IMG/VR virus record: IMGVR_UViG_3300023109_000020 | DNA length: 64,000 nucleotides | From: an uncultured virus (IMG/VR IMGVR_UViG_3300023109_000020) | Lineage: Duplodnaviria > Heunggongvirae > Uroviricota > Caudoviricetes | Strand: one strand, 5' to 3' | Part shown: one piece after another, positions 40,501 through 51,074 of the stretch | How the letters are laid out: each line of letters opens with the position of its first letter | How positions within the stretch are numbered: position 1 is the stretch's first letter | Notes under the pieces: generated by a model | What the model was told of the DNA's origin: nothing | Databases searched by the model: none | Seen by the model: only the letters and a program-made list of their open reading frames with translations | Made by a program: the position numbers and the translations under genes

Positions 40501-43500
40501 GAATGGGCAATGTAACTTGCATGTTATCAGTTGTACTTGCTTCAAGGAAAGATGTACCGTCTGGATAGTTTAACGTAAACAGATCGTATCCTTGAAATTC
40601 TTCGACTGCATCTTCAATGTTAACATTAGATAGTGGCCAAACTCCGCCGCCTAAGGATGTAGAAATTTGTATTTCTGCATCATCAACTACATCAATGATA
40701 TAGTAATCAAAGTTTTCAATAACTCCGCCAAATACCGGTCCGCTAAAGTTAATTTTTTGTCCTACACGCAATCGTTCTGTACTCTCAACAATCATACGAT
40801 TATTTTGATCGCCACGTGTTCCAAGTACTTGTATTTGACTTTGTGAACTGGATAGTACATCGATATTATAAACTGTTGGAGTAAATGTAATTACTTGATT
40901 TTCATACAGTCTGTGGAAATCTGCACCTGAGCCTAGCAACAGTCTATTTGTTGTTGAATCAGCTGCAACAACTTCTTGCTGTCCAAATGATTCTTTAGTT
41001 ACGTTAGCAAATTTAGTTATTTCGTTGTAACTAGAAACAATGCCGTATTGTCCAGCACCTTTACCTGACGAAACAGTTAAGCGCATGCCTTCGTATTCTG
41101 CCGCTGTAGAAACTTCTGATTGTGCTAAAACTAAGTATTCGGTATTGCCGCCCTGAGCGTTGTTTGATTGGAAATTATAACCTAATCCGCCTTTTCTGAT
41201 AACATTACTTTCTAATATTCTTGTTTGATAGATAGAACCTGATCGTAATTCGTCGGCATTTATACTTGCACCTTGTCCTGCGCCTTGTATGTTTATGTTT
41301 GCATGCGCTGTCGGAGTATTCTCAAAAGTTTCTAAGAAAAATGACATAGTATTGCTAATTTCTACCTGTGCTCCGTATATGTTAGTATACCCAGTAAGGC
41401 CGTCAATACCACGTGGATATATCCTAAATTCTAGCTGAGTATTTTGCGCACTTGTGTCATGTATTGTATACTGTAATCTCCACCACCCGTCGTCTAAGAA
41501 GTTTGCTTGTAAATTTGATACTAGTGCATCACCTGCTAAATTTAATGGAGTTGTAATTTCTTCAGTAGCAAAATTAAATCTTACAGATGTTGTTTCTTCA
41601 CTAAACCCTGAAAAGATATTATATAAGTCAATATAACTTGTATTGCCTTGCTTTACATGTAAACTTACTGTGTATTCTAAATCCGACCCTGCAGGTACTG
41701 TGCCCGAGTGACTTATCTGAGAAATTGCAGTAATACTTAGATTGTCTACTTGAATGGTAATATCGTTTTCTGGACTTCTACCACCAAAGTTTCTACCATC
41801 TAACTGTATTTCGTTTCCAATAACATAGCCTGAACCTGAATTATTTATAGTAACTTCGTACGCTGTACTAGTTACAGTAACGTTAAAAGTAGCATCAATA
41901 CCAGAACCACTAACATTGGTACCTGCAATATTAGTATAAGTTCTACCTTGCGGTGACACTTCGATGTCTTGGAAGATATACGAACTATCTGTTAATGACG
42001 TATTTGCTGTAATTTTCCAGGCAAATTCTCCTTCGTACGGAGTTGTATTTGCACGTACAATACTGACGTTACTGTCTGTTTGCCAATACTCGTCTGGTAA
42101 ATTTGATGACAATAAACTGTTTGAATGCTTTAGCAAATTAGTTGTATCAGTATAATATTCTTCACCTGCATGTTTGTATTGTAGTTTTAATACTTCTGAG
42201 TTTGCACCAAGTGCAGATACAGGTAATGCAATAGCATCATTGTCTCTGTTGTCTACGTTACCAGTTGCTGGAATTTCGTCAATAGCAAAACCTTCTGCAA
42301 CACAACCAAATGTACCATAAGATGAGTTACCATTTGTAGCACGAATACGTCCACCGTCTTCTGCAAAGTAACCTGCATAGTTGTAGTATGAGAACACAGA
42401 TACACATTCTGTTAATGAATCGCCGCCTGTACACCAAATACCAATACCGTCAGATATAATTTGTGTAAAGTCGTTTGACACCATTGAGCGGTTACCACCA
42501 TTGTGTATTGTACTATCAATTTTACAACCAGTACAACCTTTACCAAATGTAGTAACGTTTTGAATATACGGAGAACGTGCTGTAATCCAAGTAGTAGTAT
42601 CGTCCGGTCCAGTGCCTGGATCAAAACCTACATATGCACCACCTGTTGGACGTCTTGTTAAAAATTCATTTTCTACAGATAGTGTACCTAGTAACCCTTT
42701 AAGTGTCATATTACGTACACCGCAGTCGTTAGTTACTTGAATCATATCTCCAAGTGCTTCACCGCCGTATACATACATTGCACCGATGTTAGTTGTTAGT
42801 GCAACTACTTCGCCGTCTAGTTCTTCTGCTACACTGATTGTAGTCTCTGTAATACTGCTTCCGACTACATAGTATGTCTTGCCAGGAATCACATCACCGA
42901 TCACTGTACTAATTTCTTCAACTGGATTAAGTGATACAAACTGTACTGGAGAGTTGTGTTCCATATTAAGTGTTGAACCAACTACAAATTGATTAATAAA
43001 TCCAAACGTTCTTGTACATAATGTATTAATTGGCGCAGCAGGTTGTACAGTTGTACCACGTAGTTCGTCGCCGTTTAGTGCAGTGTTAGGTGGCATTTTA
43101 ATAGGTAGACGTTCGTTATAAGTACCTGATTTAATATTAATTGTCGAGTAAGTTCCTTGATTTTCAGGAGGAATGCTTGAAGGCGATCCGTCTAAGAATG
43201 GACGAACTAAAATATTTTCTAAAGCACCAGTAAATGTAAGTGCATCATCTTCAAGTACTAAACCACTGTTAAAGTACTGAGGAATAGGATTTTCAACATT
43301 TTCTAATATTCGGTAGTCTTGTGCAGGAGCCGTATTTGTAAGTGCCAATTCAATGTTATTAAATAATTCAACAAAGAATGATGCAAAAAACTCTGCTTGC
43401 TCTGCAACTGTATCATTAGTAAATCTATTTGTGCTTTCTGTGTTAAAGTAAGATAGTGCTGCTCTAACAGTTTGTGCGTTGCCTCCGCGCTTTAAGTCAC

Positions 43501-45409
43501 GGACAACAGCATCTATAACTAGTTGCGAATCACGTATTGTTTTATCATTATCAAAATTGTAGGAGCTATCAAATGGAGCAACATTTTGATTTTGCTGATA
43601 TAAGAACCAATAAAATGTTTGCTCAACAACCCAATCTTTATTATTCTCAAGTAGTAGTTTTGCATTTTGGCGCAATGTGCCTAGCTTAACACGCTCACAT
43701 GCATACTTAATCGATTTCCATGCTGTATCAGGCGTAGTACCGTTAGTTGGTAAGTCTTCGCCGTTTGTTGCAACATAATACACGTTTGGTGTAAAGTCAA
43801 TGTCGCTCCAAGTAGGAAGACCGTCAACAACTTTAAGAACGTTGCCGTCAGCACCAGTTTCTAAAGGGGAATTATTTTCGCCGTCAAACACAATTGTTTG
43901 CCCAAAAGAGTTTAAACTGTTTCTTTGATCGTGTTGTAAATAGATTACCCAATATGCATTTTGTAAATCATTATCTGGTCTAGATACTAGAGACGATGTA
44001 TGTTCTAAAACACACTTATATGTTGCATTTTTCCAATAAATTATATCATCGAGGTTATAAAGTGTACTTTCGCTCCATTGTCCTTCCCAATTGAATCCAG
44101 GAATTAATAGTTCCCAAATTCCAGTTCTTGCACCTGAGAACGTTAATACTGCTTCATCTGAAATAGGACCGTCTGGTGCTTCGTTAAGAATAATTGTAGC
44201 ATACATTGTTGCATTAGTTGAGTCATCGTCATAGCTAACTGACTCAACAGTCTGACCTCTACTAAATCCTTCGCCAGTAACAGTCATACCAACTGTAATT
44301 AAATCTGATGCAACTGAATCGCCTAAGTTAATTTGTATACGTGTACCGCTTGAATCTTCTGCTTCATACGGTGCTTGTACTGTAAAGTTACCAGGATTTT
44401 CGCTAATGCTGTCAATAAGTGCAACATATAAGTCGCCACCGTATCTGACTACATTACCTACTTTATATTCGTTATCAGTTGACCATTGTCCTGAAATTTC
44501 ATATGCTTCTGTAATTAGTTCCCAAGCATCGGTAGAATCATCGCCGTAATTTGTTGACGGAGTATTTCCGATATTGTTAATAACTTTAGATTGGAATAAG
44601 TATCCACCGTACTGTACAACATCGCCTGGTTGGTAAATTGCATTAGCATCGTATACGCCGTCAAAGTCTAAACCAGGTAGCCATTCTTCCCAATATTCAC
44701 TAATAAATGTTTCGTATAACTCTGTACTGTCTGCAAAGTCTACAAATTCAGCACTTGGAGCATGACCCCAAATACAACGGTACAAACTTGGTCCGTATTT
44801 TACAATGTCATTTAGTTTATAACGAAGCTGACTGCTATCTTCTGAGTCAGTAGCATACACGCCTCTCCAAGATACACCGTATTGTAATAATTTCCAATAT
44901 TTTTCTGTACTGTCTTCTACATCTGTGTAATCTGCTTCTAACCCTTCTAAGTCAGTAGCAGCTGATACGTGTGATACAATACATTCGTAAACAGAGCCGC
45001 CGTAGTTCACAATGCTACCTACACCGTATGTAGTACTTGATGTCCATTCACTTGCCCAAGTTTTAGACTCCGCATAAACGTCCCACTTGTCAATATCTAA
45101 ATCAAGCACTGCTCCGCTAAGGTGTTGTTCGTTACATTTGTACACAATACCACCAAAAATTACAATGTTATCTAATGCATACTGTGTTAACGGTTCCCAT
45201 GGGCCTTTCCATGTTTGGCCAGTCATCATCAATTCCCATCTAGGTTCTGCTGCACCTAAATCGTTATAAAAATTATTTGATGTATGGGGGATTAAGCAAA
45301 CATACGCTTTACCGTTAAACTGAATAATTTCGTCTTTGTTGAAGAAAGTTTGATCTCTCCATGGGCCTGCCCAGCTAAAGCGCAATCTACTAATTTTAAA
45401 TTCTGACAT
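37559..45409 (-). CDS. Giant virion structural/fibre protein (2616 aa), paralogue of the 4017 aa protein
   Basis: Same N-terminus (MSEFKISRLRF vs MAEFKLGRIRF), beta-helix and C-terminal motifs. Confidence 0.8.
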   Translation of the reverse strand: MSEFKISRLRFSWAGPWRDQTFFNKDEIIQFNGKAYVCLIPHTSNNFYNDLGAAEPRWELMMTGQTWKGPWEPLTQYALDNIVIFGGIVYKCNEQHLSGAVLDLDIDKWDVYAESKTWASEWTSSTTYGVGSIVNYGGSVYECIVSHVSAATDLEGLEADYTDVEDSTEKYWKLLQYGVSWRGVYATDSEDSSQLRYKLNDIVKYGPSLYRCIWGHAPSAEFVDFADSTELYETFISEYWEEWLPGLDFDGVYDANAIYQPGDVVQYGGYLFQSKVINNIGNTPSTNYGDDSTDAWELITEAYEISGQWSTDNEYKVGNVVRYGGDLYVALIDSISENPGNFTVQAPYEAEDSSGTRIQINLGDSVASDLITVGMTVTGEGFSRGQTVESVSYDDDSTNATMYATIILNEAPDGPISDEAVLTFSGARTGIWELLIPGFNWEGQWSESTLYNLDDIIYWKNATYKCVLEHTSSLVSRPDNDLQNAYWVIYLQHDQRNSLNSFGQTIVFDGENNSPLETGADGNVLKVVDGLPTWSDIDFTPNVYYVATNGEDLPTNGTTPDTAWKSIKYACERVKLGTLRQNAKLLLENNKDWVVEQTFYWFLYQQNQNVAPFDSSYNFDNDKTIRDSQLVIDAVVRDLKRGGNAQTVRAALSYFNTESTNRFTNDTVAEQAEFFASFFVELFNNIELALTNTAPAQDYRILENVENPIPQYFNSGLVLEDDALTFTGALENILVRPFLDGSPSSIPPENQGTYSTINIKSGTYNERLPIKMPPNTALNGDELRGTTVQPAAPINTLCTRTFGFINQFVVGSTLNMEHNSPVQFVSLNPVEEISTVIGDVIPGKTYYVVGSSITETTISVAEELDGEVVALTTNIGAMYVYGGEALGDMIQVTNDCGVRNMTLKGLLGTLSVENEFLTRRPTGGAYVGFDPGTGPDDTTTWITARSPYIQNVTTFGKGCTGCKIDSTIHNGGNRSMVSNDFTQIISDGIGIWCTGGDSLTECVSVFSYYNYAGYFAEDGGRIRATNGNSSYGTFGCVAEGFAIDEIPATGNVDNRDNDAIALPVSALGANSEVLKLQYKHAGEEYYTDTTNLLKHSNSLLSSNLPDEYWQTDSNVSIVRANTTPYEGEFAWKITANTSLTDSSYIFQDIEVSPQGRTYTNIAGTNVSGSGIDATFNVTVTSTAYEVTINNSGSGYVIGNEIQLDGRNFGGRSPENDITIQVDNLSITAISQISHSGTVPAGSDLEYTVSLHVKQGNTSYIDLYNIFSGFSEETTSVRFNFATEEITTPLNLAGDALVSNLQANFLDDGWWRLQYTIHDTSAQNTQLEFRIYPRGIDGLTGYTNIYGAQVEISNTMSFFLETFENTPTAHANINIQGAGQGASINADELRSGSIYQTRILESNVIRKGGLGYNFQSNNAQGGNTEYLVLAQSEVSTAAEYEGMRLTVSSGKGAGQYGIVSSYNEITKFANVTKESFGQQEVVAADSTTNRLLLGSGADFHRLYENQVITFTPTVYNIDVLSSSQSQIQVLGTRGDQNNRMIVESTERLRVGQKINFSGPVFGGVIENFDYYIIDVVDDAEIQISTSLGGGVWPLSNVNIEDAVEEFQGYDLFTLNYPDGTSFLEASTTDNMQVTLPIQFTGRSIGGIELGDTYYIHDVYDNNKFSISTAIRNVTVTETDPANNSLLISDTSVLTPLDAIIFKSGTLGGIQEKRRYYINDIIDGTKFTLSSDVILRTATTTEAITNLITVDSTAGFTVGSPIMFTGITFGEIENDTVYFIQVINDATSFTISATEGGAAVPLTTATGEVIVRTAIDEVIVTSEVGTSLGTLPGGKEDLEAGRDIMEASFFTEVFGGIELGTNYYVLETIDLGSIYEVTITDSDGGVVEFALDNETGSMQINAVGWDHINPGTPPVGAFDSTSVYQITPRIEFDAPPFYQEEMTGIPTEGFNAITIISNGFLPLAIPRYGEELYSTTEYTAWDLSINLPINGEAVTLENPDANGGWVDGTYGNGCWFILSETGKDCLYSVSDGLTWLSVDLPPLGAGTYQKVQYGNGVFIAIANGEQEFAYSTNNCSTWTTVNVTVAPANDYRDIAYGKEIFVAIDGSSNGAVVSTDNGETWLETEIDPSEDSTANNWRTVKYGNGRFVAVSEDDRPAAYSFDGVTWYSSTTNVSGTALEYGQGVFVVINNEAGICCTSYDGLQWDVQPLITESNYQRIGFTFSADTKQGWFLTLDETGQIANKISAGAKAQAFASVTNQSLTEINMFEPGSGYTDDSFGPEITITDPNNSEEAITDLRIGNGTLGAPSFINFGTGYNTTSTGISLRGSGFSDQFQEGLRLIAKNITRFPAPGDNLQFEGNPEVYRVATATPLRGTTTPNLEAVIQLSPSVAQADSPIHDTPFTIRSKFSQVRLTNHDFLNIGFGNEQQSNYPDLPETTGLEPQDEIQETNNGRVFYSSTDQDGNFRVGDLFAVEQATGIVTLSADEFGLDGLTELAIGGVALGGSPVTINAFSTDGTFVANSNNLVPTQRAIRTYLASRLSQGGADTFTGLLQAGTIKVGGPDIITSSVQEGGEGWQVKIPTLANFDGPFGNSGWAGDGVALSYFFKTLVDPTRGGQQ

Positions 45410-45441
45410 TATGCGTTCCTCGATTATCTAACATATTTATT

Positions 45442-45885
45442 TTAATAGCTGCCACCATTATTATTTCCATTATCGGCATCTGCCTGTGTTTCTCCAGTGT
45501 CAGAATTTATAACAATCTGAGTTGGATCGTAAGTAAATGATTGATTAATTCTAACTACAAGCTCGCCGTTATCGTTTACATAGTAATACATATTTTTATT
45601 ATCCCAGCGGTACTGATCCCACTGTAAGTTTGTAAATGGGCGACTATGATCTTCTTCTAAACGCCCGTCGAAAAAGTTAACACCATATTCAAATTCTACA
45701 AAGTCGTCTGCTGATGCACCTGGGTTGTTTACTGTAATCGAGTCAGCATCTTTTAACTGATCAATTTTAGCAAAAAATAGTGTACCGTCATCTGTTCTAC
45801 GAAGTGCGTAGAAATATCTAGGTTGACCTGTACCTAGTAATTCGGTAATGCTTGGAGTTTGTCCTACATAATGTGTTGATGCCAT
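45442..45885 (-). CDS. Hypothetical virion-associated protein
   Basis: 147 aa ORF with AGGA RBS, in the fibre operon. Confidence 0.55.
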   Translation of the reverse strand: MASTHYVGQTPSITELLGTGQPRYFYALRRTDDGTLFFAKIDQLKDADSITVNNPGASADDFVEFEYGVNFFDGRLEEDHSRPFTNLQWDQYRWDNKNMYYYVNDNGELVVRINQSFTYDPTQIVINSDTGETQADADNGNNNGGSY

Positions 45886-45895
45886 TAGCTTTTCC

Positions 45896-46225
45896 TTATA
45901 ATATTTCTACTGTACTTAAGATACAATCTACACTGTTGTCGACATTTGCCGACACATATAAATTATTTCGCGGAGTTAAGATTAATTTTTCGCCGCCGTT
46001 TAATACACGCAAACTTGTATTTGGCGGAATAATCATTTCTTTTGCATAATATCCTATTGCACTGTCTTCGTCTTGTAATTCAATGTCAACTAATATAACA
46101 CCTTCAGTTAAATTAGCTAAACTAAATCCAACTACAGTAACTCTAGCGTTTTCATTAGTTGCTAGTACTTCTGTTCTTGCTATGCCTACTTGCGGCACTA
46201 CTCTATTTTTAAATGTTGTTGCCAT
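45896..46225 (-). CDS. Small beta-rich virion protein (partner paralogue B)
   Basis: 109 aa; IIPPNTSL...EKLIL motif shared with 56882-57229. Confidence 0.6.
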   Translation of the reverse strand: MATTFKNRVVPQVGIARTEVLATNENARVTVVGFSLANLTEGVILVDIELQDEDSAIGYYAKEMIIPPNTSLRVLNGGEKLILTPRNNLYVSANVDNSVDCILSTVEIL

Positions 46226-46229
46226 GTTT

Positions 46230-49200
46230 TTATCCTAATACTAGCACTGTTGATAGTGCAATTTCTTCTGCGTCACTTCGTGTAATGCCTGATGCTGCTC
46301 CAGCAACTGAAACCCAGTTTGACCCGTCCCAAATTTCTACACGTTCGTCGTCAGTATTATATCTTGTCTGACCTATTTCAGTAAGTCCAAATGGCGGTCT
46401 AGATCCTGTGCCGCCTGACGGTAACACAATACCATAAGGTCCGTCAAATTTAACATATCCGTCACCTGTATTTTGAAAAACTGTTACGCTGTCAGTAACT
46501 GTGTTAGTTATTGTGTTTTCGCTGAATGCAAAGTTATCAAACTTAACACTTCCTGTTCCATTTGCTCTTAGATTTAAATCGGTGTCTGCTGTTGTAGTTT
46601 CAATAACGTTGTTGTCGATACGAATATTGCCTACATCAGCCCTAGGTGCTGTAAGGGCTGTACCATTTATTGTAACAACAGTCGATCCTTGTACGTCGAA
46701 GCGTATTACTCCGTCATTAGATCCTTCTGATAATTCAGCAGTTACTTTAGTATCTCCGTCTAGATCTTCTACGCCCTTTAAGTTAATCCAGTTAGTTCCG
46801 TTGTACCCTTCAAAGCGTGATAAATCTGTATTGTAACGAATTTGTCCTGCAACAGCAGTCGGGCGATCTAATGTTGTGCCTGTTGGAAGTTTTAATGCTC
46901 CTGTAGCAGTAATGTTTAAAATTCCACTGCCTGGCTGAATAACAAAGTCATTTTGGCTAGTAATAGTGTTGTTATTAATACTAAACTCATCAACAATAAT
47001 ATTACCAGTGCCATTAGCACGCAATTCTAAATCACTGTTACTAGTTGTTGTTGTGATAAAATTATCATCTATTAAGATATCGCCAGTTGTGAAACTGTTT
47101 GCCGAAATTGTTCCAGTGCTAGTGATATTATTAACTGTAATTGTTCCGTTAACTGTTAAATTTTGTTCAATTACAACATCATTAGACGGAACGTAAATTT
47201 TACCTAATCCGTTAGCACGAAGTTCTAGATTTGAATCAGACAGCGAAGTAGTAATTTTGTTACCACTAACTTGAATATCTTCAAACTGAACAACAGTTGC
47301 ACTAATAATTACATCGCCGTCAACATCTAAGTTCCCTGTCAGTGTAATATCACCTACTTGTGTTACATCGCCAGTATGTGTAATATTACCAACAATGTTA
47401 GTATCTTTTAATGTTGTGCTACCGTTAACTGTTAAGTTTTGTTCAATTACAACATCGTTTGTTGGTACGTAAACTTCACCAACACCATTAGCACGCAATT
47501 CTAAGTTTGAATTACTTTGTGTTGTTGTAATGAAGTTGTCATCTAGTAATAAATCGCCTGTTGTGTATGTGTTTGATGTTACAGTTTCGTTAACGATTAA
47601 ATTATTTACTGTAGTTGTACCTACAACATTTAAGTTGTTATTAATTTGTACATCGTTATTTGGAATAGATATAACACCGTACTCTGTAGCACGTAAATCT
47701 AAGTCGCTGTTTGATTCGGTAGTAGTAATAAAGTTATCTTCAATTTTAATATCTTCAAACTGCGCTGTACTCGAAACTGTAATATTACCTGTAATGCCAA
47801 AGTCGCCAGTTAAATTAATATTACCAGTTTGTGTTGTATTACCAACTTGTGTTAGTGTGCCTTGAATGGCTACATCTTGTAAACTTGTAGATCCTGCAAC
47901 AGTTAAGTCTTCGTCAATTACAACATTATTGCTAGGAATATATACTACACCTGTGCCGTTAGCACGTAATTCTAAATTGCTATTTGATTGTGTTGTTTGA
48001 ATGAAATTGTCATCAATAACAATGTCACCAGTTGTAAAACTGTTAGCTGTAATTAATCCAGGAGTTGTTAAGTTATTTGCGTTAATATCGTTGTCAACTG
48101 TTAAATCGTTAACAATTTGTACATCATTATTTGGAATTAGAATTTCGCCAGTGCCAGTAGCACGTAGTTCCAAGTCTGCGTTTGATGTAGTTGTAGTAAT
48201 ATAATTGTCGTCGACTAAGATTTCTTCAAACTGTGCTGTACCAGTAACATCTAAATCCTGTGTTACTGTTACATTACCGGTAATGCTTGTGTCGCCAGTT
48301 TGTACAGCATCTCCAACGTGTGTAATTGTTCCTGTAATATTTGTATTCTGTAAATCAGTAACACCGCTTACAGTTAGATTGTTGTCAACTTGTACATCAT
48401 TAGTAGGAACATAAATTTCACCAGTGCCATTAGCACGTAGCTCTAAGTCACTATTAGATGTAGTAGTTTCAATTACGTTACCAGCAATTTGAATATCACC
48501 GTTGCTAATTGTACCTGCAATTGTGTAATTTCCAGTTTGTACATAATCTCCAACGTGTGCAATTGTTCCTGTAATATTTGTGTTTGCTAGTGTTGTTACA
48601 CCGCTTACAGTTAAATTGTTATCAATCTGTACATTGTTGCTCGAAACATAAATTTCACCAGTACCATTAGCACGCAATTCTAAATCACTGTTTGATTGTG
48701 TAGTTGCAATATAGTTGTCAGTGATTGTAATGTTATCTAAGTTAATAGTATCAACAAACAAATTCTTCCAAGTTTTAGAACTTGTACCTAGTGAATAAGT
48801 ACTTGCATCTTTAGGGTTGATATCTGAATCAATTCCTGCTATAATTTCAATAGTATCAGTTTCTTCATCACCAATTGTAACATTGCCGCCGATTGTTACG
48901 TTGCCAGTTACATCCAAACTTCCAGTTACATTAACATCTGAGTTTAAGTTAACTGTGCCGCTGCCGCCTGCGAAGTTAGCATCTTGTGTAAGCGTTTCAA
49001 CTGTGTTTCCGCTAAAGCGCCAATCACCAGTTTCAACTTTTGTGCCGTCGATAAATGTAGTATCACCATTAGTATTAAATGTAACACCGTTTTCTGTATT
49101 AATTTCAAAGTCACTTACAGCAAATTGTACGTTACCTGTTTCTTGATTAACGTAGAACAAATCGCCTATACGGAAGTCGCCTTTATGGTCTACTGAGTTG

Positions 49201-50951
49201 TAACGAATTTTTGCACTTTCAGTTTCAACAATTTCGTTTGCTTGAATAACAGTATTTGGATCGTTAGTTACTTCTTTACCGTTACCAATGTATGCTAAAT
49301 TGTGTCCAATAGCGTACATAATAACGCCAGGACCTTGACCTACTAAACCAAAGTTACCGTATACACTTGCACTTGCAATCAAACGCACTTCTGCACCAAA
49401 GTCACGTAAGTCAAAACTATCAATAGTTGTTGCTGTAGCAGTGCCGTCTGTAATGCTTTGTGGTGTTAAATCAAATCCATCTAAGTCTAAGTAATTACTT
49501 ACATAAACATCACTGCCATCTACACTATCAATGGTGCCTGTAAGCACTGTAGAAGCATCAGCACTAGTGATAGTTAATGTATTACCTTGTGTAAAGGTTC
49601 CTGTAATACCACTTAGTGTTAGCTTAGTTTTACCTGTTCCTCTGCGTCCTGTTGTTCCGTCATATGCATACATAGAACGGTTTGCAAAGTATGTAAAGCT
49701 GTTTAGCCATTCAACCCTTGCACCGTTAGTTAGCACTACTGCGTCAACACCCGGAGTAATAAATGTTACTGAGTGAAATAGTAATGCAGTATTTACTGAG
49801 CTGCTTGATGCTACAGAACCGTCTAAGAAAACACCGCTACCTGCATCACCTTCGTTAAATCCTCTTGGATCTGTTGGACTTGTTACACTGCCTTCAGTAA
49901 TTACTGTAACGTTTCTAATGTATGGTGAACGACTTGTTGCTGTATAACCTGTTGCATACTTAAATGCATAACCCGGGCTGTAAAAACCTGTAATTGTTAA
50001 TTCTTCAACAGTTGTTTCGCCATCGAGTAAAAATGCATCATTTGTGTTTGTTGCAACTGTTGGTTCGATTGTTACAGCACGAATACCTTCGCCTCTAACT
50101 GTAACTCCTGCAGGAACAGTTAGTGGAAATTCTTCAGTGTATACACCTGGACTAATAAGAATGGTGTCGCCGGCAACTGCTACACTTAGAGCATGTTTAA
50201 CACTTGCGAAAGGATCAAAAAAGTGATCGCCTACATGCGTGTCATCGCCGTTTTCAGCAACATAATATGTGTTACCATGTGTTAGTGTAAAGTCAATATT
50301 ACCTACATCTAGACTATCACTAACAACAAGACTTGATGCACGTAAATTATTAACCCATACATCGTTCCACTGTTTACCGCCTGCTTCCGGGTCACTACCA
50401 AGTGCGTATACATCGTCTACGTCTGGAATAATGTTAGAAGAAACATCAGCATTAAAAATGACGTTGTCAGTGTCTGCATCACCAATTGTAATATTACCGT
50501 CTGCTGTAATATTACCGCTTGCGTAAATATTTCCGTCAACATTTAGGTCGCTGTGTACGTTTACTGCGCCAGTTCCGTTTGGACGTAATTCTAAGTTAGC
50601 ATTTGAATCGTTTGTTGTAATAGCATTGCCTTCAATGTCAATGCTGTCAATTCTAATTTTGTTAAGTGCTACAACAGTGTCTAGTGTTGCTAAATTAAGG
50701 AATGGTTGCGTAGTACTGATAGTATTACCTTCAACAGTAATATCTGCTAGATCTGCTCTATCAGTAACAATTAAATTTGTAGTTCTTGTATTTCCGGAAA
50801 CATCTAGCTCGTATTGAGGCGTTGCGGTTTGGATGCCGACACGCTGATTATTAACATCTAAATATAAGAGATCCGTCTCAAAAGCCAAATCAATCCCATT
50901 ACGAATGAGATTTGACTTTAAGAGTGGACCTGATATGCGACCAACAGCCAT
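46230..50951 (-). CDS. Long tail fibre-like protein (1573 aa)
   Basis: Beta-helix domain (YYVAENGDD, RSPYIRNVT), many DNFITTT.SNS.LELRANGTG repeats, LPTGTT..RP...GQIRYNTD module. Confidence 0.8.
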   Translation of the reverse strand: MAVGRISGPLLKSNLIRNGIDLAFETDLLYLDVNNQRVGIQTATPQYELDVSGNTRTTNLIVTDRADLADITVEGNTISTTQPFLNLATLDTVVALNKIRIDSIDIEGNAITTNDSNANLELRPNGTGAVNVHSDLNVDGNIYASGNITADGNITIGDADTDNVIFNADVSSNIIPDVDDVYALGSDPEAGGKQWNDVWVNNLRASSLVVSDSLDVGNIDFTLTHGNTYYVAENGDDTHVGDHFFDPFASVKHALSVAVAGDTILISPGVYTEEFPLTVPAGVTVRGEGIRAVTIEPTVATNTNDAFLLDGETTVEELTITGFYSPGYAFKYATGYTATSRSPYIRNVTVITEGSVTSPTDPRGFNEGDAGSGVFLDGSVASSSSVNTALLFHSVTFITPGVDAVVLTNGARVEWLNSFTYFANRSMYAYDGTTGRRGTGKTKLTLSGITGTFTQGNTLTITSADASTVLTGTIDSVDGSDVYVSNYLDLDGFDLTPQSITDGTATATTIDSFDLRDFGAEVRLIASASVYGNFGLVGQGPGVIMYAIGHNLAYIGNGKEVTNDPNTVIQANEIVETESAKIRYNSVDHKGDFRIGDLFYVNQETGNVQFAVSDFEINTENGVTFNTNGDTTFIDGTKVETGDWRFSGNTVETLTQDANFAGGSGTVNLNSDVNVTGSLDVTGNVTIGGNVTIGDEETDTIEIIAGIDSDINPKDASTYSLGTSSKTWKNLFVDTINLDNITITDNYIATTQSNSDLELRANGTGEIYVSSNNVQIDNNLTVSGVTTLANTNITGTIAHVGDYVQTGNYTIAGTISNGDIQIAGNVIETTTSNSDLELRANGTGEIYVPTNDVQVDNNLTVSGVTDLQNTNITGTITHVGDAVQTGDTSITGNVTVTQDLDVTGTAQFEEILVDDNYITTTTSNADLELRATGTGEILIPNNDVQIVNDLTVDNDINANNLTTPGLITANSFTTGDIVIDDNFIQTTQSNSNLELRANGTGVVYIPSNNVVIDEDLTVAGSTSLQDVAIQGTLTQVGNTTQTGNINLTGDFGITGNITVSSTAQFEDIKIEDNFITTTESNSDLDLRATEYGVISIPNNDVQINNNLNVVGTTTVNNLIVNETVTSNTYTTGDLLLDDNFITTTQSNSNLELRANGVGEVYVPTNDVVIEQNLTVNGSTTLKDTNIVGNITHTGDVTQVGDITLTGNLDVDGDVIISATVVQFEDIQVSGNKITTSLSDSNLELRANGLGKIYVPSNDVVIEQNLTVNGTITVNNITSTGTISANSFTTGDILIDDNFITTTTSNSDLELRANGTGNIIVDEFSINNNTITSQNDFVIQPGSGILNITATGALKLPTGTTLDRPTAVAGQIRYNTDLSRFEGYNGTNWINLKGVEDLDGDTKVTAELSEGSNDGVIRFDVQGSTVVTINGTALTAPRADVGNIRIDNNVIETTTADTDLNLRANGTGSVKFDNFAFSENTITNTVTDSVTVFQNTGDGYVKFDGPYGIVLPSGGTGSRPPFGLTEIGQTRYNTDDERVEIWDGSNWVSVAGAASGITRSDAEEIALSTVLVLG

Positions 50952-51074
50952 CTCTTCTCCTCAATACGGGGATCCTGTCCCTCTCACCAAATTTTCAGCT
51001 TACGCTCTTTGCTGGTGCTCACAGTTCGTCCTGCAAAGTGTGCCTAAGACACTGGTCTTACTTTGCATTAATAG
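50952..51074 (-). ncRNA. Structured 5' leader of the 1573 aa fibre gene
   Basis: After late promoter 51075-51082: TGCAAAGT/ACTTTGCA stem, CACCAG/TTGGTG stem enclosing AGC-GTAA-GCT, and GGGA-CAGGA-TCCC before the GAGGAG RBS. Confidence 0.55.

Noticed and set aside
20076..42352. Possible diversity-generating retroelement (repeat pairs in fibre/adhesin genes)
   Set aside because: Repeats are short, exact and coding, without adenine-specific mismatches, and no reverse transcriptase is in the window
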